Part shown: positions 5,101 through 5,824 of the stretch, in pieces
Layout of the letters: each line of letters starts with the position of its first letter
How positions within the stretch are numbered: position 1 is the first letter of the stretch
Origin: Clostridiales bacterium
GTDB lineage: Bacteria; Bacillota; Clostridia; Oscillospirales; Oscillospiraceae
Length of the DNA: 5,824 nucleotides
NCBI GenBank assembly: GCA_022786965.1
Contig: JALFXH010000004.1
Span: forward strand, 1-5,824
Direction: 5' to 3'
Position numbers and translations under genes: made by a program
The notes under the pieces: model-generated
Database searches by the model: none
Told to the model about the DNA's origin: nothing
Seen by the model: the letters and a program-made list of their open reading frames with translations, nothing else

Positions 5101-5824
5101 TCTATGACAAGCTGAATTTCAGCATTCACAACTACTTTTTCGCCAAGGCTCTGGATCAGGTTCGTCCCGGTGGCGTGGTGGCATTTGTCACCAGCCGCTA
5201 TACGATGGACGCCAAAGATTCCACCGTGCGCCGGTATCTTGCTCAGCGCGCCGAGCTGCTGGGGGCCATCCGTCTGCCCAATGACACTTTCAAAAAGAAC
5301 GCCGGTGCCGAGGTCGTTTCGGACATCATCTTCCTGCAAAAGCGTGACCGTCCGTTGGACATCGTGCCGGAGTGGACTCAGACCGGGCAGACCGAGGACG
5401 GCTTTGCCATCAACCGCTATTTCCTGGACCACCCGGAAATGGTGCTGGGTCGACAGGAACCGGAAAGCACCGCCCATGGTATGGACTACACCGTGAATCC
5501 CATTGAGGGGCTGGAGCTGGCCGATCAGCTGCATGATGCCGTGAAGTACATTCGCGGCACTTACCAGGAGGCCGAGCTGCCGGAGCTGGGCGAGGGCGAA
5601 GCCATCGACACTTCTATCCCTGCTGACCCCAATGTGAAAAACTACTCCTACACCGTTGTGGACGGTGATGTGTACTACCGTGAAAATAGCCGTATGGTGC
5701 GGCCTGACCTGAACGCCACCGCTGAGGCCCGTGTGAAAGGGCTGGTGGGGCTGCGGGAATGTGTCCAGCAGCTCATTGATCTGCAAATGGACGCCGCCAC
5801 ACCGGACAGCGCCATCCAGGATAA
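2178..5824 (+). CDS. giant polyvalent conjugative-element protein, N-terminal >=1215 aa (3' partial): ArdC-N-like ssDNA-binding domain, disordered linker, helical modules, N6-adenine DNA methyltransferase (N12-class / phage P1 DarB-like)
   Basis: This ORF is not in the supplied track, presumably because it has no stop in the window. I translated the frame whose codons start at positions divisible by 3, from ATG 2178 to 5822, and checked every TAA/TAG/TGA-looking site; none is in frame. The N-terminus (about nt 2250-2463: LYKYPFHEQMMIYAQRPDATACAEYDLWNDKMGRYVRRGSKGIALV) resembles the ArdC N-terminal (DUF1738) ssDNA-binding fold. Positions 2950-3300 translate to a D/E/R/G/A/P-rich, low-complexity linker. 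From about 4500 the sequence NFRITDDHLGEGGPKAKFQDNITAIKLLKHLE...YVGWGGLADAFD...NAHYTSPTVIKAIYEAV leads into AdoMet motif I, LEPSCGVGNFFG (4872-4907), and catalytic motif IV, VGNVPFG (5058-5078). GC-rich third-codon positions are seen throughout except 2950-3306. It remains uncertain whether the whole ORF is translated as one chain across the nested tnpV. Confidence 0.8.
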   Translation, partial: MPSKAEFYRQMAEQVSTQLVGSWKEWTAFLTTAARLYKYPFHEQMMIYAQRPDATACAEYDLWNDKMGRYVRRGSKGIALVDDSGDKPRLRYVFDISDTGTREHSRTPWLWQLEEQHIGPVSAMLERSYGVAGDDLAQQLTDVAGKLASEYWDEHQRDFRYIVDDSFLAEYDDYNIEVQFNSAATVSIAYALMSRCGLEPENYFQHEDFMAIFDFNTPATIGALGTAVSQINQQVLRQIGVTIQNYEREHIAERSVTHGEQPDLHEERRLPDSRPEADRAAGEAPGQVRQDAESVLEGTPAPDLQPAVVDGETVPALAGDRRDGEQPSGADDASAGERRGRDGGAESPRSDALGGPDEHLQSTGRGDSDDGAYSQLSFFLSEAEQIRIIDEAENVKTYSAFSFAQEQPQPETTGHEAESAKLTLRELHEQYKPIVLEAVTQDTRYRNACGHSDYENAVIEGNAAIRRAVLGSGNMELLRLYSDTPEFRQRLHWEIIDETYPKLHELLRPLSDNNIDKAIQDWNGKIESKHAVVRYMEKHGREKDTAAWLAHEFDGSDGKTPFSVRPESPEGTVLPWPKVQRRIAQLIKENRFYTEAEQDRFDNIDPIAIREALAERGIVNGELVDEEKLDNDSFIQRVMADVEQIAAEEQEQSIEPLSDAEYARQNLIPGETTFALDGRTFQVSKLEPDIDRVELQDVTFANAAGFPIFRVEPISVIRQHLEQEPEPPTPAVEPEKTLDEVLDEHPVSIQVNGEWQTFPNVKAAEEASYEEYKANLRRTAENFRITDDHLGEGGPKAKFQDNITAIKLLKHLEETTGQATPEQQKILSRYVGWGGLADAFDPDKESWSKEYAQLKELLTPEEYAAARGSTLNAHYTSPTVIKAIYEAVGRMGFETGNILEPSCGVGNFFGMLPEEMQNSRLYGVELDSISGRIAQQLYPKADITVAGFETTDRRDFYDLAVGNVPFGQYQVRDKVYDKLNFSIHNYFFAKALDQVRPGGVVAFVTSRYTMDAKDSTVRRYLAQRAELLGAIRLPNDTFKKNAGAEVVSDIIFLQKRDRPLDIVPEWTQTGQTEDGFAINRYFLDHPEMVLGRQEPESTAHGMDYTVNPIEGLELADQLHDAVKYIRGTYQEAELPELGEGEAIDTSIPADPNVKNYSYTVVDGDVYYRENSRMVRPDLNATAEARVKGLVGLRECVQQLIDLQMDAATPDSAIQD
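2936..2941 (+). promoter_or_regulatory. Shine-Dalgarno of nested tnpV
   Basis: AAGGAG lies 8 nt upstream of ATG 2950, inside the giant ORF. Confidence 0.6.
2950..3306 (+). CDS. tnpV: TnpV-family transposon-encoded protein (118 aa), nested in the +1 frame within the giant ORF
   Basis: An ATG at 2950 has a canonical SD, and the stop is TGA 3304-3306. The translation MENSLTYTRNGDYLIPDLKL...PLGKYGRMRKAYLKEHRPLIYNQLLLTEKLYPHLLEIDETANSRLE...GATEELKARDPMRWVGLMNTCKAQAEEILMTELI follows the TnpV pattern as I remember it (GDYL.P.L...G.wG....YLKEHR..Y..LL...L..hL.eID..A...........G.tE.LKa.d...WV..mN....AeEi...E.I). Third-codon positions are strongly G/C-biased in this frame over 2950-3306, so this is the frame under coding selection here. 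The track's upstream extension to 2764 lacks family-like sequence. Confidence 0.8.
   Translation: MENSLTYTRNGDYLIPDLKLTEQPEKPLGKYGRMRKAYLKEHRPLIYNQLLLTEKLYPHLLEIDETANSRLEQMMPQLAKDAGATEELKARDPMRWVGLMNTCKAQAEEILMTELIHS

Overview
The window looks like the interior of a Firmicutes (Clostridia-type) conjugative transposon or ICE, with every credible gene on the + strand. (1) 2-1258: a YodL-like/DUF4316-like protein, probably truncated at its 5' end by the window edge. (2) 1260-1475: a translationally coupled 71-aa 'transposon-transfer assisting' small protein. (3) About 1476-2177: an ORF-free, relatively AT-rich, hairpin-dense stretch of about 690 nt. It is framed by a near-consensus extended -10 promoter (1480-1507) and a perfect intrinsic terminator (2111-2148), so I read it as a discrete ~0.63 kb structured RNA or long regulatory leader that I cannot assign to a known family. 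(4) 2178 to beyond 5824: a giant ORF that is absent from the supplied ORF track, presumably because it has no stop codon in the window. I checked the frame by hand and found it open for at least 1215 codons. It encodes the N-terminal part of a 'polyvalent' conjugative-element protein: an ArdC-N-like ssDNA-binding domain, a disordered linker, helical modules, and an N6-adenine DNA methyltransferase with motifs EPSCGVGNFFG and GNVPFG. (5) 2950-3306: a TnpV-family gene with its own SD and ATG, completely nested in the +1 frame inside the linker of the giant ORF. The two points most worth follow-up are the promoter-to-terminator-bounded non-coding element and the nested gene. All family assignments come from memory of family signatures, since no searches were possible. 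The long minus-strand ORFs and the off-frame + strand ORFs in the track look like shadow ORFs of GC-rich coding sequence.
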